DNA from: an uncultured cyanobacterium
GTDB lineage: Bacteria > Cyanobacteriota > Cyanobacteriia > PCC-6307 > Cyanobiaceae
NCBI GenBank assembly: GCA_903882285.1
Contig: CAIRWM010000055.1
Coordinates: 9,473 to 73,472 of the forward strand
Reading direction: 5' to 3'
Length of the DNA: 64,000 bases
Shown: positions 19,610 through 31,056 of the stretch, in pieces
How the letters are laid out: every line of letters begins with the position of its first letter
How positions within the stretch are numbered: the first letter of the stretch is position 1
Notes under the pieces: model-generated
What the model saw: only the letters and a program-made list of their open reading frames with translations
Databases searched by the model: none
What the model was told of the DNA's origin: nothing
Translations under genes and position numbers: made by a program

Positions 19610-20716
19610 ATGGTGCCTCCCGCCGCCACAGCCACCGAGTCCCACCAGAGTGCCAGCCCCGCTCTCGGCAGCCCCGATGCCCCGGTGATCAAGGACCCAG
19701 CGAAGGACACGATCCTGACGCCACGGTTCTACACCACGGATTTCGACGCCATGGCGGCGATGGATCTGCAGCCCAACGTGGTTGAGCTCGAGGCAATCTG
19801 CGAGGAGTTCCGCAAGGACTACAACCGCCATCACTTCGTGCGCAACGCTGAATTCGAGGGAGCGGCCGACAAACTCGATCCAGAGACGCGGCGCGTCTTC
19901 GTCGAGTTTCTGGAGCAGAGCTGCACCTCCGAGTTCTCCGGCTTCCTGCTGTACAAGGAGCTCAGCCGTCGCATTAAGCAGAAGAATCCGCTGCTGGCCG
20001 AGTGCTTCGCCCACATGGCCCGCGATGAAGCCCGTCACGCCGGCTTCCTCAACAAGGCGATGGCCGACTTCGGCCTGCAGCTCGATCTCGGCTTCCTCAC
20101 CGCCAACAAGGCCTACACCCACTTCAAGCCCAAGTTCATCTTCTACGCCACCTATCTGTCCGAGAAGATCGGTTACTGGCGCTACATCGCCATCTACCGC
20201 CACCTTGAGCAACATCCCGAGAGCAAGATCTTCCCGATCTTCAACTTCTTCGAGAATTGGTGCCAGGACGAAAACCGCCACGGGGACTTCTTCGACGCCC
20301 TGATGAAGGCCCAGCCGGATACGGTGCGCGGCTTCACCGCTCGCCTCTGGTGCCGCTTCTTCCTGCTGGCGGTATTCGCCACCATGTACGTCCGCGACGT
20401 GGCGCGCAAGGAGTTCTATGAGGCCCTCGGCCTCGACGCACGCACGTACGACAAGTACGTGATCGCCAAGACCAACGAGACATCGGCCCGCGTCTTCCCG
20501 GTCGTGCTTGACGTGGAGAACCCCAAATTCTGGCAGCGCCTTGAGCGGCTGGTCAATAACAACCAGGCCCTGAGTGACGCCGACGCCTCCGCGGCACCCG
20601 CTCCGCTCAAGGCTCTGCGCAAGCTGCCGTTCTGGGCAGCCAATGGCTTGGAGATGGCCAAGCTGTTCCTGATGGCACCGATCCGCAGCGAGCGCTACCA
20701 GCCCGCCGTCCGCTGA
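19610..20716 (+). CDS. acsF: Mg-protoporphyrin IX monomethyl ester oxidative cyclase
   Basis: [44 protein letters not shown] and DENRHG diiron motifs. Confidence 0.97.
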   Translation: MVPPAATATESHQSASPALGSPDAPVIKDPAKDTILTPRFYTTDFDAMAAMDLQPNVVELEAICEEFRKDYNRHHFVRNAEFEGAADKLDPETRRVFVEFLEQSCTSEFSGFLLYKELSRRIKQKNPLLAECFAHMARDEARHAGFLNKAMADFGLQLDLGFLTANKAYTHFKPKFIFYATYLSEKIGYWRYIAIYRHLEQHPESKIFPIFNFFENWCQDENRHGDFFDALMKAQPDTVRGFTARLWCRFFLLAVFATMYVRDVARKEFYEALGLDARTYDKYVIAKTNETSARVFPVVLDVENPKFWQRLERLVNNNQALSDADASAAPAPLKALRKLPFWAANGLEMAKLFLMAPIRSERYQPAVR

Positions 20717-20771
20717 GGGCAGCCCTGCCTTTCCTTAATCACCCACCTGGTCCTCCCCACCCGGTCCTTCC

Positions 20772-22232
20772 TTGGTCGTTTCCGCCACCGCATCCATCGC
20801 CTCCAGCGCCGGCGACCTCCAGAACCCCCTCTGGCGCAACCGGCTCGAAGCTCTGCTGAGCCAGGGGCGCGCCGCCGGGGCCGATCTGGTGGAAGTGTTT
20901 CTGGAGCGCACCGATCATCTCGGTGTGCTGGCTGAGCAGGAGCGCATCACCAGCGTCAGCCCCGCCTTCGGCATGGGCGCGGGCATCCGGGTGTTCCTGG
21001 ACGGGCTCGACGGCTTCGTCTCCACCAACGACCTCAGCGACAGCGGGCTGGTGCTGGCCCTTGAGCAGGCCCTTGGCATGCTAGGTCTGAGGTGCAGCAG
21101 TTCCGCTGGCATCAGCGGCAGCGCCTCTAGCCTTTTTCAGGGTCTGCCGGAGCTCCGGGACTTCGGCGTCACGAAGTACGACTGGCTGCAGCGCTGTCCC
21201 CGGCTGGATGAGAGCACTGGGCGGCTGCTGGAGGGCACGGCCCTGCTGGAGCGACACGGCTCCCATCTGCAGGCCCGCCGGGGCACTTACTCCAGAGACT
21301 GGCAGGAGGTGCTGGTGGCCGCGAGCGATGGCACCTTCGCCCGCGACATCCGTCTGCACCAGTCCCTGGGGCTGAGCGTGCTGGCCGCCGATGGCGAGCA
21401 CCGCGCCAGCCTGGGGCGCCGCTACGGCACCACCGACCGGCCCGACGACCTGCGCCAGTGGGATGCGGAGGCCTCCGCCCAGGACGTCTGCGCCAGTGCT
21501 GGCACCATGCTCTACGCCGACTACGTCGAGGCGGGACAGTTCCCCGTCGTGCTGGCGAACCGCTTTGGCGGCGTCATCTTCCACGAGGCCTGCGGCCACC
21601 TGCTCGAGACCACCCAGGTGGAGCGCGGCACCACCCCCTTCGCCGACATGGTTGGGCAGTCGATCGCCCACGAGGCTGTCACTGCGATCGATGAGGGCCT
21701 CAGCGGGGGTGCCTTCGGATCGCTCTCCATGGACGACGAGGGCATGGAGCCGCAGCGCACGGTTCTGATCGAAAACGGCGTGCTGCTGCGCTTCCTCAGC
21801 GACCGGGCCGGCGAACTGCGTACCGGCCATTCCCGCACCGGCAGCGGTCGCCGCCAGAGTCATGCCTTCGCGGCCGCCAGCCGCATGCGCAACACCTTTA
21901 TCGCCGCCGGTCCCCACACCCCGGGGGATCTGATCGCCTCAGTGGACAGGGGGCTGTATTGCAAATCGATGGGCGGCGGCAGCGTTGGACCCACCGGCCA
22001 GTTCAACTTCGCCGTCGAGGAGGGCTATCTGATCGAGAACGGCAGCCTCACCAGGCCGGTCAAGGGGGCCACCCTGATCGGCGAGGCCAGGGAGGTGATG
22101 CCGCGCATCTCGATGTGTGCCAACGACCTCGAACTGGCTGCCGGTTACTGCGGCTCGGTGAGCGGCAGCATCTTCGTCACCGTGGGGCAGCCCCACATCA
22201 AGGTGGACACGATCACCGTGGGGGGGCGCTGA
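20772..22232 (+). CDS. tldD: TldD family metalloprotease
   Basis: [21 protein letters not shown] and GQPHIKV motifs. Confidence 0.93.
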   Translation: MVVSATASIASSAGDLQNPLWRNRLEALLSQGRAAGADLVEVFLERTDHLGVLAEQERITSVSPAFGMGAGIRVFLDGLDGFVSTNDLSDSGLVLALEQALGMLGLRCSSSAGISGSASSLFQGLPELRDFGVTKYDWLQRCPRLDESTGRLLEGTALLERHGSHLQARRGTYSRDWQEVLVAASDGTFARDIRLHQSLGLSVLAADGEHRASLGRRYGTTDRPDDLRQWDAEASAQDVCASAGTMLYADYVEAGQFPVVLANRFGGVIFHEACGHLLETTQVERGTTPFADMVGQSIAHEAVTAIDEGLSGGAFGSLSMDDEGMEPQRTVLIENGVLLRFLSDRAGELRTGHSRTGSGRRQSHAFAAASRMRNTFIAAGPHTPGDLIASVDRGLYCKSMGGGSVGPTGQFNFAVEEGYLIENGSLTRPVKGATLIGEAREVMPRISMCANDLELAAGYCGSVSGSIFVTVGQPHIKVDTITVGGR

Positions 22233-22234
22233 CC

Positions 22235-23638
22235 ATGGCCGAACCGATTCCCGCCAGCCTCGATGCCGAAGCGCTGCGGCAGCAGTTGGAGCAGTTCGCC
22301 CGCAGCGAAGGGATCCGCCAGTGGGATCTGGGGGCTTCCTGCAGCACCAACACCTCGGTCCAGGTCGACCGGGGCGAGCCCAAGCAGATGAAGGGCTCAC
22401 AGCGCAGCGCCATCACCGTGCGTGTCTGGAACGACGACGGATTGGTGGGCATCACCAGCACTTCCGACCTCTCCGAGGCGGGTCTGGCGCGGGCCCTCGA
22501 GGGCGCCCGGGAGGCCAGTGCCTTTGGCAATCCCGACCCGGCCGAGACCCCAGCCTTCTCCCCCCTGGCAACGGCGCCGCTGCCACCGCTCGAGCAGCCC
22601 CGCGGCGAGACGCTCAGCATCCTCACCCTGCTCGACACCCTCAAGCAGGCGGAGCGGGAGTTGCTCGAACGCCATCAGGCGATTGGCACCGTTCCCTACA
22701 ACGGCCTCTCCCAGAGCAGCAGCGAGCGCATCTACCTCAACAGCGCTGGCGCCTGCCGCCACCAGCCCCTCACCAGTGCCAGCCTCTACCTCTATGCGCG
22801 GGCCGAAGAGGCGGGCCGCAAGCCACGCAGCAGCGGCGCCGTGCGCCTGGCCTACAGCGCCGATCAGCTGGATGTGGCCGGCTGCATTAGCGAGGCGGCG
22901 GAACGCACGATCGCCCATCTCGACTACGCCCCGATCACCACGGGCCATTACACCTGCGTGTTCAGTCCAGAGGCCTTCCTCGATCTGATCGGCGCCTTCA
23001 GCAGCATGTTCAACGCCCGCTCAGTGCTCGATGGCCTGAGCCTGAGCCGGCGCGAATCGCTCGGCGAGACGATCGCCGTGCCCTTCCTCTCCATCCACGA
23101 CAACGGGCTGCATCCCGGCAACATCGGCGCCGGCACCTTCGATGGTGAGGGCACGCCCACGGCCCGGTTGGCCCTGGTCGATGGCGGAGTGCTGCAGCAC
23201 TTCCTGCATTCCGAGGCCACAGCCCGAGCCCTCGGCGTTGCACCCACCGGCCATGCCGGCATGGGCTCGAAGGTCTCGGTCGGCCCCGACTGGTTCGAGA
23301 TCGGTGCCACCCCTGGCAGCGGCGGCGGCGAGGCCGGCCTGGATCGCTTCACCGCCTCGGGCCACAGTGCCGCCGAGGGCCGCGGCCTGGTGGTGATCGA
23401 TTCGCTCTCGGCCCTGCACGCCGGCGTAAAGTCCAGCCAGGGTTCCTTCTCCCTGCCCTTCGACGGCTGGCTGATCCAGGACGGTCAGCAGCGCTCGATC
23501 GAGGCGGCCACCGTGGCCGGCGATATCCGCCACGTGCTGCGCGGCATCGTCGGCTTTGAAGGCACGCCCAAGGTGACCCATGAGGGGCTCTGCCCCTGGG
23601 TCTGGGTGGAAGGACTCTCGATCACCGGCGACTCCTGA
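22235..23638 (+). CDS. pmbA: PmbA/TldE family protein
   Basis: Adjacent to tldD and lacks HExxxH. FDGEGTPT, GSFSLPFDGW and EAATVAGD motifs. Start ATG 22235. Confidence 0.88.
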   Translation: MAEPIPASLDAEALRQQLEQFARSEGIRQWDLGASCSTNTSVQVDRGEPKQMKGSQRSAITVRVWNDDGLVGITSTSDLSEAGLARALEGAREASAFGNPDPAETPAFSPLATAPLPPLEQPRGETLSILTLLDTLKQAERELLERHQAIGTVPYNGLSQSSSERIYLNSAGACRHQPLTSASLYLYARAEEAGRKPRSSGAVRLAYSADQLDVAGCISEAAERTIAHLDYAPITTGHYTCVFSPEAFLDLIGAFSSMFNARSVLDGLSLSRRESLGETIAVPFLSIHDNGLHPGNIGAGTFDGEGTPTARLALVDGGVLQHFLHSEATARALGVAPTGHAGMGSKVSVGPDWFEIGATPGSGGGEAGLDRFTASGHSAAEGRGLVVIDSLSALHAGVKSSQGSFSLPFDGWLIQDGQQRSIEAATVAGDIRHVLRGIVGFEGTPKVTHEGLCPWVWVEGLSITGDS

Positions 23639-23642
23639 GGCC

Positions 23643-24653
23643 ATGCGAGTGCTCTACTGGGGCACGCCGTCCTACGCGGTGCCCGGGCTGGAGGCGCTCG
23701 CCAACGCCGGCCATGAGCTCGTCGGTGTGGTCAGCCAGCCGGACCGCCGCCGCGGCCGCGGTGGCGACCTGATGCCATCGCCGGTCAAGGCCAGGGCCCT
23801 GGCCTTGGGTCTGCCGGTGTTAACCCCCGAGAGGATCCGGCGCGAGCCGGAGCTGCAACAACAACTGGCCGACCTGCGCCCCGACCTCTCGGTGGTGGTG
23901 GCCTTCGGCCAGATCCTGCCACCGGCGGTGCTGGTGCAGCCGCCCCTGGGCTGCTGGAACGGTCATGGGTCGCTGCTACCGCGCTGGCGCGGGGCCGCAC
24001 CGATTCAATGGGCCCTGCTGGAGGGGGACGCAGAAACCGGCGTGGGGATCATGGCTATGGAGGAGGGGCTCGACACCGGCCCGGTGCTGCTGGAGCGGCA
24101 TCTGGCCATCGACCTGCGCGAGAACGCCCTGCAGCTCGGGGAGCGGCTGTCCCAACTGACCGCCGAATTGCTGATCGAGGCCCTGCCGCGCATCGAGGCC
24201 GCCGGGCCGGGCCCCGAGCTGGAGCGCTGGCGGCGGCTGGGCCTGCGGCCCCAGAACCTGGAGGGCATGACCTACGCCCGCATGCTCAAGCGCGAGGACA
24301 GCCGGGTGAACTGGCAGGGCTCGGCCCTGGCGATCCACCGCACCGTGATGGGGCTTTACCCAGGAGCCTTCACCACTTTGGGGGGTCGCCGTCTCAAGCT
24401 GCTGGCCACCGAGCCTCTGGTGGAGCGCCTGGCCGATCAGCTCAGCCCGGAGGCTGCTGAACTGGTCGGGCGCTGGAGCTCCGGTGCCGCCGCCGGAACC
24501 GTGCTCGAGATCGTGCAGGATGTGGGGTTGGTGGTGGCCACTGGCGGATGCCCATTGCTGCTGCGCCAAGGCCAACTGGAAGGCAAGAGCGCCGCCGAGG
24601 CAGGCCGTTTGATCCAGCAGCTCGGGACCGCAGCTGGCGAGATCCTGGCCTGA
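23643..24653 (+). CDS. fmt: Methionyl-tRNA formyltransferase
   Basis: YWGTP, VVSQPDR, VVAFGQILP, HGSLLPRWRGAAPIQW and GLDTG motifs. Confidence 0.96.
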   Translation: MRVLYWGTPSYAVPGLEALANAGHELVGVVSQPDRRRGRGGDLMPSPVKARALALGLPVLTPERIRREPELQQQLADLRPDLSVVVAFGQILPPAVLVQPPLGCWNGHGSLLPRWRGAAPIQWALLEGDAETGVGIMAMEEGLDTGPVLLERHLAIDLRENALQLGERLSQLTAELLIEALPRIEAAGPGPELERWRRLGLRPQNLEGMTYARMLKREDSRVNWQGSALAIHRTVMGLYPGAFTTLGGRRLKLLATEPLVERLADQLSPEAAELVGRWSSGAAAGTVLEIVQDVGLVVATGGCPLLLRQGQLEGKSAAEAGRLIQQLGTAAGEILA

Positions 24654-24924
24654 AATGCTGGGCCCAGCGGCAGACGCATGCAATCGATGGCCAGCGTTGG
24701 CACCCTGGCCGTCGTTGAGGTGATCGCAAAGCCAAAAGAAAACGGAAGAAGCCAAACAGACAATGACTAAGAAAATCGAAAGATTGACGATTGGATGGAG
24801 ATGCCTAAACCGAGAGTCGCGGGTTGAGGCTGCTGCCTAACGTTCTGTGTTGTTAGGGTCTGCACACAGGTAGACGAGCCATCCCACCGATTAGACCCTA
24901 TGTAGTGTTCGACTTCAGGGCTTC

Positions 24925-25116
24925 ATGGGTAGCGAACTGTCATTCGTCAATGTCACCGGCACCGGCTGTCTGATTTACCGGGAAACCTCCGGGCGATACA
25001 TCGTGAGCCATAAAGAGAAGCCGTGCCAACGGCTCCAGGCAGCCACTCTCGCCGGCGCCTATGCCGCCTGCAAGGGTCTGGAGCAAGGGCAACTCGACCG
25101 GCCGGTGGTGGCCTGA
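24925..25116 (+). CDS. Hypothetical 63-aa protein
   Basis: ORF with plausible codon usage following a lower-GC intergenic stretch. No recognised family. Confidence 0.5.
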   Translation: MGSELSFVNVTGTGCLIYRETSGRYIVSHKEKPCQRLQAATLAGAYAACKGLEQGQLDRPVVA

Positions 25117-25149
25117 ACGCTGGTCCGGGGCCTTCCTGATCCGGCCTGC

Positions 25150-25347
25150 TCAGGCCACAGGAAGGCTTCCCTCAGGTTGACGGCGGTGCAGTTCATGCAA
25201 GCCTTCCAGCTGATTGTGAACGGACACCAGCTGATCGCGGATGTGGCGGCTGTTCTCGATCTTCGACAACGCCAGCAACATCGCCTCAATCTGGGCTTTG
25301 CAGTCGATCAGGACGCGGCACTCAGTGGAGCCAGGTTCGTAGGGCAT
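25150..25347 (-). CDS. Hypothetical 65-aa helical protein (MPYEPGSTECRVLIDCK...)
   Basis: GC3-rich codons and coiled-coil-like composition. Confidence 0.65.
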   Translation of the reverse strand: MPYEPGSTECRVLIDCKAQIEAMLLALSKIENSRHIRDQLVSVHNQLEGLHELHRRQPEGSLPVA

Positions 25348-25421
25348 GGAAGGGAGCGATCACCGACGTAGCTCAGCCCAGAGTGGGCAGCAAAACTGTC
25401 GCAACCGCTGCCGAATTCCGC

Positions 25422-26726
<1,305 letters not shown>

Positions 26727-26859
26727 CGGGGCCTGCCCCTGGACGGGGGCGAGGGAAGCCGCGCTAGCGGTGGCCGGGGCCGCAGCGGCGCGGCTCGCGG
26801 CGGTGCGATTGGCGGCGTTAGGGGAAGGGGCCGTGACCTGAACCGCGGAGAACGAAAGT

Positions 26860-27228
26860 TCAGCCTAGGTGGGGGGCCGCGGCGTAATGGGCGCAGCGCG
26901 CGCAAGGGCCCTCGGGCAGGACCGCACAGCGCAGCAGGGGGCTGCGGGCATTGAAGCGGCAGGAAGGATCGCCGATCACCCAGCGGCCGTTCCAGTAGCG
27001 GGCATCAGCGGGCTGGCGCTGCGCCTTCACCTGCAGAGCAATGCTGGCCAGTTCATAGCGGCCGTTGCACAGGCGATAGCGGTGGCGGCGCTGCAGCACC
27101 AGAAAACTGCGCTCCTCCAGGGTGAGCCAGCGACCGGGGTGGGGCACCTTTCCCAGATCGGCGACCTCCAGGGTGGTGATCAGCCGATCGTCGTCGATGC
27201 GGCGCAGCTCGATGCGCAGAGCGGTCAC
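26860..27228 (-). CDS. DUF6464-like cyanobacterial protein
   Basis: RRHRY.L..GRY and [27 protein letters not shown] motifs. Confidence 0.75.
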   Translation of the reverse strand: MTALRIELRRIDDDRLITTLEVADLGKVPHPGRWLTLEERSFLVLQRRHRYRLCNGRYELASIALQVKAQRQPADARYWNGRWVIGDPSCRFNARSPLLRCAVLPEGPCARCAHYAAAPHLG

Positions 27229-27231
27229 GGC

Positions 27232-28089
27232 TCAGCGGCCACCGGTGCTGGCCTCGGGCTCGGGATGAAGCTCGGGTTTGGAATGGAGCTCAGCTTCGGG
27301 CTGGGCGCTGATCGGCTCCCGCACCGAGAACCCCCACACAAACAGCAGGGCCACGCTCAGCAGCAGGATCCACTCCGGTACGGTGAACGCCGGCAGGGCG
27401 AGGCGCAGCAGCAGCCGAATCCCCACCAGACCCACGGCCAGGTAGCCGGCACTCTCAAGGTGGCGGAACTCCTCCAGCCAGCGAATGAACAGCCCTGCGG
27501 TGAGCCGCAGGGCGATGACGCCGATCACCCCGCCGGCCATCACCAACGGCAGCCGGTCGGTGACGGCCACGGCCGCCGCCACACTGTCGAGGGAAAAGGC
27601 CAGGTCCGTGAGAGCCAGGGTCAGCACCACCGACGCCAGGCTGGCGCCTGCGGAGCCCGCAACGGAGCCAGGCGGGGGAATCTCCAGCGTTCGCTCCGAT
27701 GCTTCCACCACCTGCAATTGCACTGGCAATGGCACTGGCCCAGCTGCCGCAACGGGCTTGGGCTCATCGCCGCCCAGCAGGTGGCGGCCGCAGAGCCACA
27801 GCAGGTAGCCCGCCGCCAGCAGCTGCAGAGGCCAGGCATCCAGCACCCAGCGGGCCGCGACAATCAGGGCCAGCCGGAAGATCAGGGCCAGCAGCAGGCC
27901 GAAATTGAGCGCCTGGCGCTGACGCTGCGGATCGTGCATGCGCCTCGAGATAGCCGCCAGGGCAATGGCGTTATCAGCGGAGAGCACGGCCTCCAGGCCC
28001 ACCAACAGCGGTAGCAGCAGCAGCACTTCCCTCCACTCGTCGGCCGCCTGGATCAGGGGCGAGAGCGAAGGCACCATTTCCGCTTCCAT
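27232..28089 (-). CDS. TerC family integral membrane protein
   Basis: LEAVLSADNA, DLAFSLDSV.AAVA and GVIALR..F..LE..GYL.VG.VG motifs. Confidence 0.9.
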   Translation of the reverse strand: MEAEMVPSLSPLIQAADEWREVLLLLPLLVGLEAVLSADNAIALAAISRRMHDPQRQRQALNFGLLLALIFRLALIVAARWVLDAWPLQLLAAGYLLWLCGRHLLGGDEPKPVAAAGPVPLPVQLQVVEASERTLEIPPPGSVAGSAGASLASVVLTLALTDLAFSLDSVAAAVAVTDRLPLVMAGGVIGVIALRLTAGLFIRWLEEFRHLESAGYLAVGLVGIRLLLRLALPAFTVPEWILLLSVALLFVWGFSVREPISAQPEAELHSKPELHPEPEASTGGR

Positions 28090-28164
28090 GGCTGAGCGCT
28101 CGCTCGCCAGCGGAGCGTGAAAGGAGTCACTCTAGGAATCCCTCAATGTTCAAGTCCCCGGCCG

Positions 28165-29022
28165 ATGCAGCTCCGCGCCCGCCTGGTGCATGCCGATGAC
28201 CACCGCCGGGTGGTCGAGGTGAGCGCCCGCGAGGGCGACCAAGCGCTGGGCAGCGCCCTCGGCGAGGGGGCCACGGCGGAGGAAGCCGAGGACCGGGCCA
28301 TCGCCAGGCTGCGTCAACGGCTGGGAGCGGCTGCCGGGCTGGAGGTCGCCCCCCCCCAGGCCCGGCCAGCTCCCCTGCGCCGGGCCGCAGAGCCAGCGCC
28401 GACGCCAGCCCGAATGACGGAACCGATGACGGAGCCAGCCATCAGCCCGGCGGTCAGGGACGCCCCAGGGGTGGCCGCAGCAGGAACCACCCCTTCACCG
28501 ATCGCGCCCCCCACGGCTCCCTCAGAGGCACCCCCTACGGCACCCTCCAGGGGGCAGCCCGAGGAGCCCCCCGCTGATCCGGACGACTGGAGCGCCGAGC
28601 TGGCCGACATCGAACTGCAGCTGCGCCGCCTCGGCTGGGATCGGGAGCGCGAGGCGACCTATCTGCAACGCGCCTTCGGCCATCCGAGTCGCAGTCGCCT
28701 CACCACCTACGCCGATCTGCTGGCCTATCTGAGAGCCCTCGAGGACCTCGAGCCCGACAGCGATCCGGGCCTGGCCGCCACGCCACTACGGCGCAGGGAT
28801 CTGCTGGCCCAAAGCGACCAGCTACTCGCCCAGCTGGGCTGGGACGCCGAACGCGGCCGCAGCTTCCTTGAGCAAGAACTGGGGGCCGCCAGCCGCCGAC
28901 AGCTGAGCGACCAGCAACTGCTGCAGTTCAACATGGCGCTGGAGACCGCCTGGATCGACCGAGCGCACGACGCCTGCGGCCAGGCGTCGGCCGGCGATCC
29001 GGTGCCTGTTATGGGAAGGTGA
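28165..29022 (+). CDS. Conserved hypothetical protein with a Pro/Ala linker and two C-terminal LGW repeats
   Basis: Start MQLRARLVHA. Repeats LRRLGWDRERE..YLQRAFG..SRSRLT and LAQLGWDAERG..FLEQELG..SRRQLS. Confidence 0.7.
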   Translation: MQLRARLVHADDHRRVVEVSAREGDQALGSALGEGATAEEAEDRAIARLRQRLGAAAGLEVAPPQARPAPLRRAAEPAPTPARMTEPMTEPAISPAVRDAPGVAAAGTTPSPIAPPTAPSEAPPTAPSRGQPEEPPADPDDWSAELADIELQLRRLGWDREREATYLQRAFGHPSRSRLTTYADLLAYLRALEDLEPDSDPGLAATPLRRRDLLAQSDQLLAQLGWDAERGRSFLEQELGAASRRQLSDQQLLQFNMALETAWIDRAHDACGQASAGDPVPVMGR

Positions 29023-30102
<1,080 letters not shown>

Positions 30103-30143
30103 GCCCGGGGCCAGGGGCCCAATGCCAGGCGCCAGGCCTGAAT

Positions 30144-30962
30144 TCAGGCGCGGCCATCCAGACAGTGGATCGCCACCAGGGCCCGACCAATGCCGAGGCG
30201 GTTCTGATGGGCATAGGCCTCCCGCTCCATCGCCTGCTCCCGCTCACTGGCACCGGCATAGAGGGGATCGGCCAGCGGACTTGCCAGCGGAGCAGGCACC
30301 GGCGGAACGCCCCCCGGCGGAGCCCCCCCCGTCGGGGGGATTCCCCGAGGAGCGCTCTGCGTCGAAGCGATCCCCAGGCTGACCGGCCGGGAGCGCAAGC
30401 CGCCGCCAGCACAGCTCTGCGCCACATGGATCGCCTCGTGATTGAGCACCCGGGCGAAATCCAGCGTGCCCCGCTCCACCACATCAGGGCGGATCCGCAG
30501 AGTACGGACCTGGTGATCCCACTCCGCTGCGGCGCCGCTCTTGAAGGGCTCGCTGAGCTGCAGAGCCACCCCGGCCTGCTGCAGGGTGTCGAGCAACGCC
30601 ACGATGGCTTGGCGCTCCTCTTCATGGCGGGGGGGATGGGCCATCAGGGCCCGGATCTCCGGAATCGTCAGCTCCGGCTCCCCGGGCCGGCGCTTGTAGA
30701 GATAGCGAATGCCGCCATCGGGCAAGGGTTCGGCGCTGGGCACCCAGGCCCGGTCGCTTTCGGCGAGCTGCTCCAGCAGTCCTGCAGCGATCAGGGCCTG
30801 GGGTTGCTGCTCAGGTCTCGGCAGCGGCTCGAAGCGCTCGAGCAGGCGAGGCAAGGTCGCGGTTCCCACGGCCTGGGAGGCCATGCCATCCAGCAGGTCC
30901 GGCAGGGCCGCCAGCGCCAGGGCGACACCAACCAGGGAGAGCAGCAACCCGGATCGGGGCAT
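30144..30962 (-). CDS. Exported or membrane-anchored hypothetical protein with an HExxH motif
   Basis: N-terminal hydrophobic segment, NHEAIHVAQSC and a later EREAY. Probable start ATG 30962. Confidence 0.7.
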   Translation of the reverse strand: MPRSGLLLSLVGVALALAALPDLLDGMASQAVGTATLPRLLERFEPLPRPEQQPQALIAAGLLEQLAESDRAWVPSAEPLPDGGIRYLYKRRPGEPELTIPEIRALMAHPPRHEEERQAIVALLDTLQQAGVALQLSEPFKSGAAAEWDHQVRTLRIRPDVVERGTLDFARVLNHEAIHVAQSCAGGGLRSRPVSLGIASTQSAPRGIPPTGGAPPGGVPPVPAPLASPLADPLYAGASEREQAMEREAYAHQNRLGIGRALVAIHCLDGRA

Positions 30963-31056
30963 CGCGCGAAAGGCACCAGCAGCACCTCCCCAGCATGTCG
31001 TCCCGCCGACCGAGGAGGGCGCTTGCGAAGATCGCTGCTCGTCTTCCTGCCTGCCC

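Noticed and set aside
24437-24763. 108-aa minus-strand ORF with a hydrophobic start
   Set aside because: Mostly antisense to the fmt 3' end, with no recognisable features.
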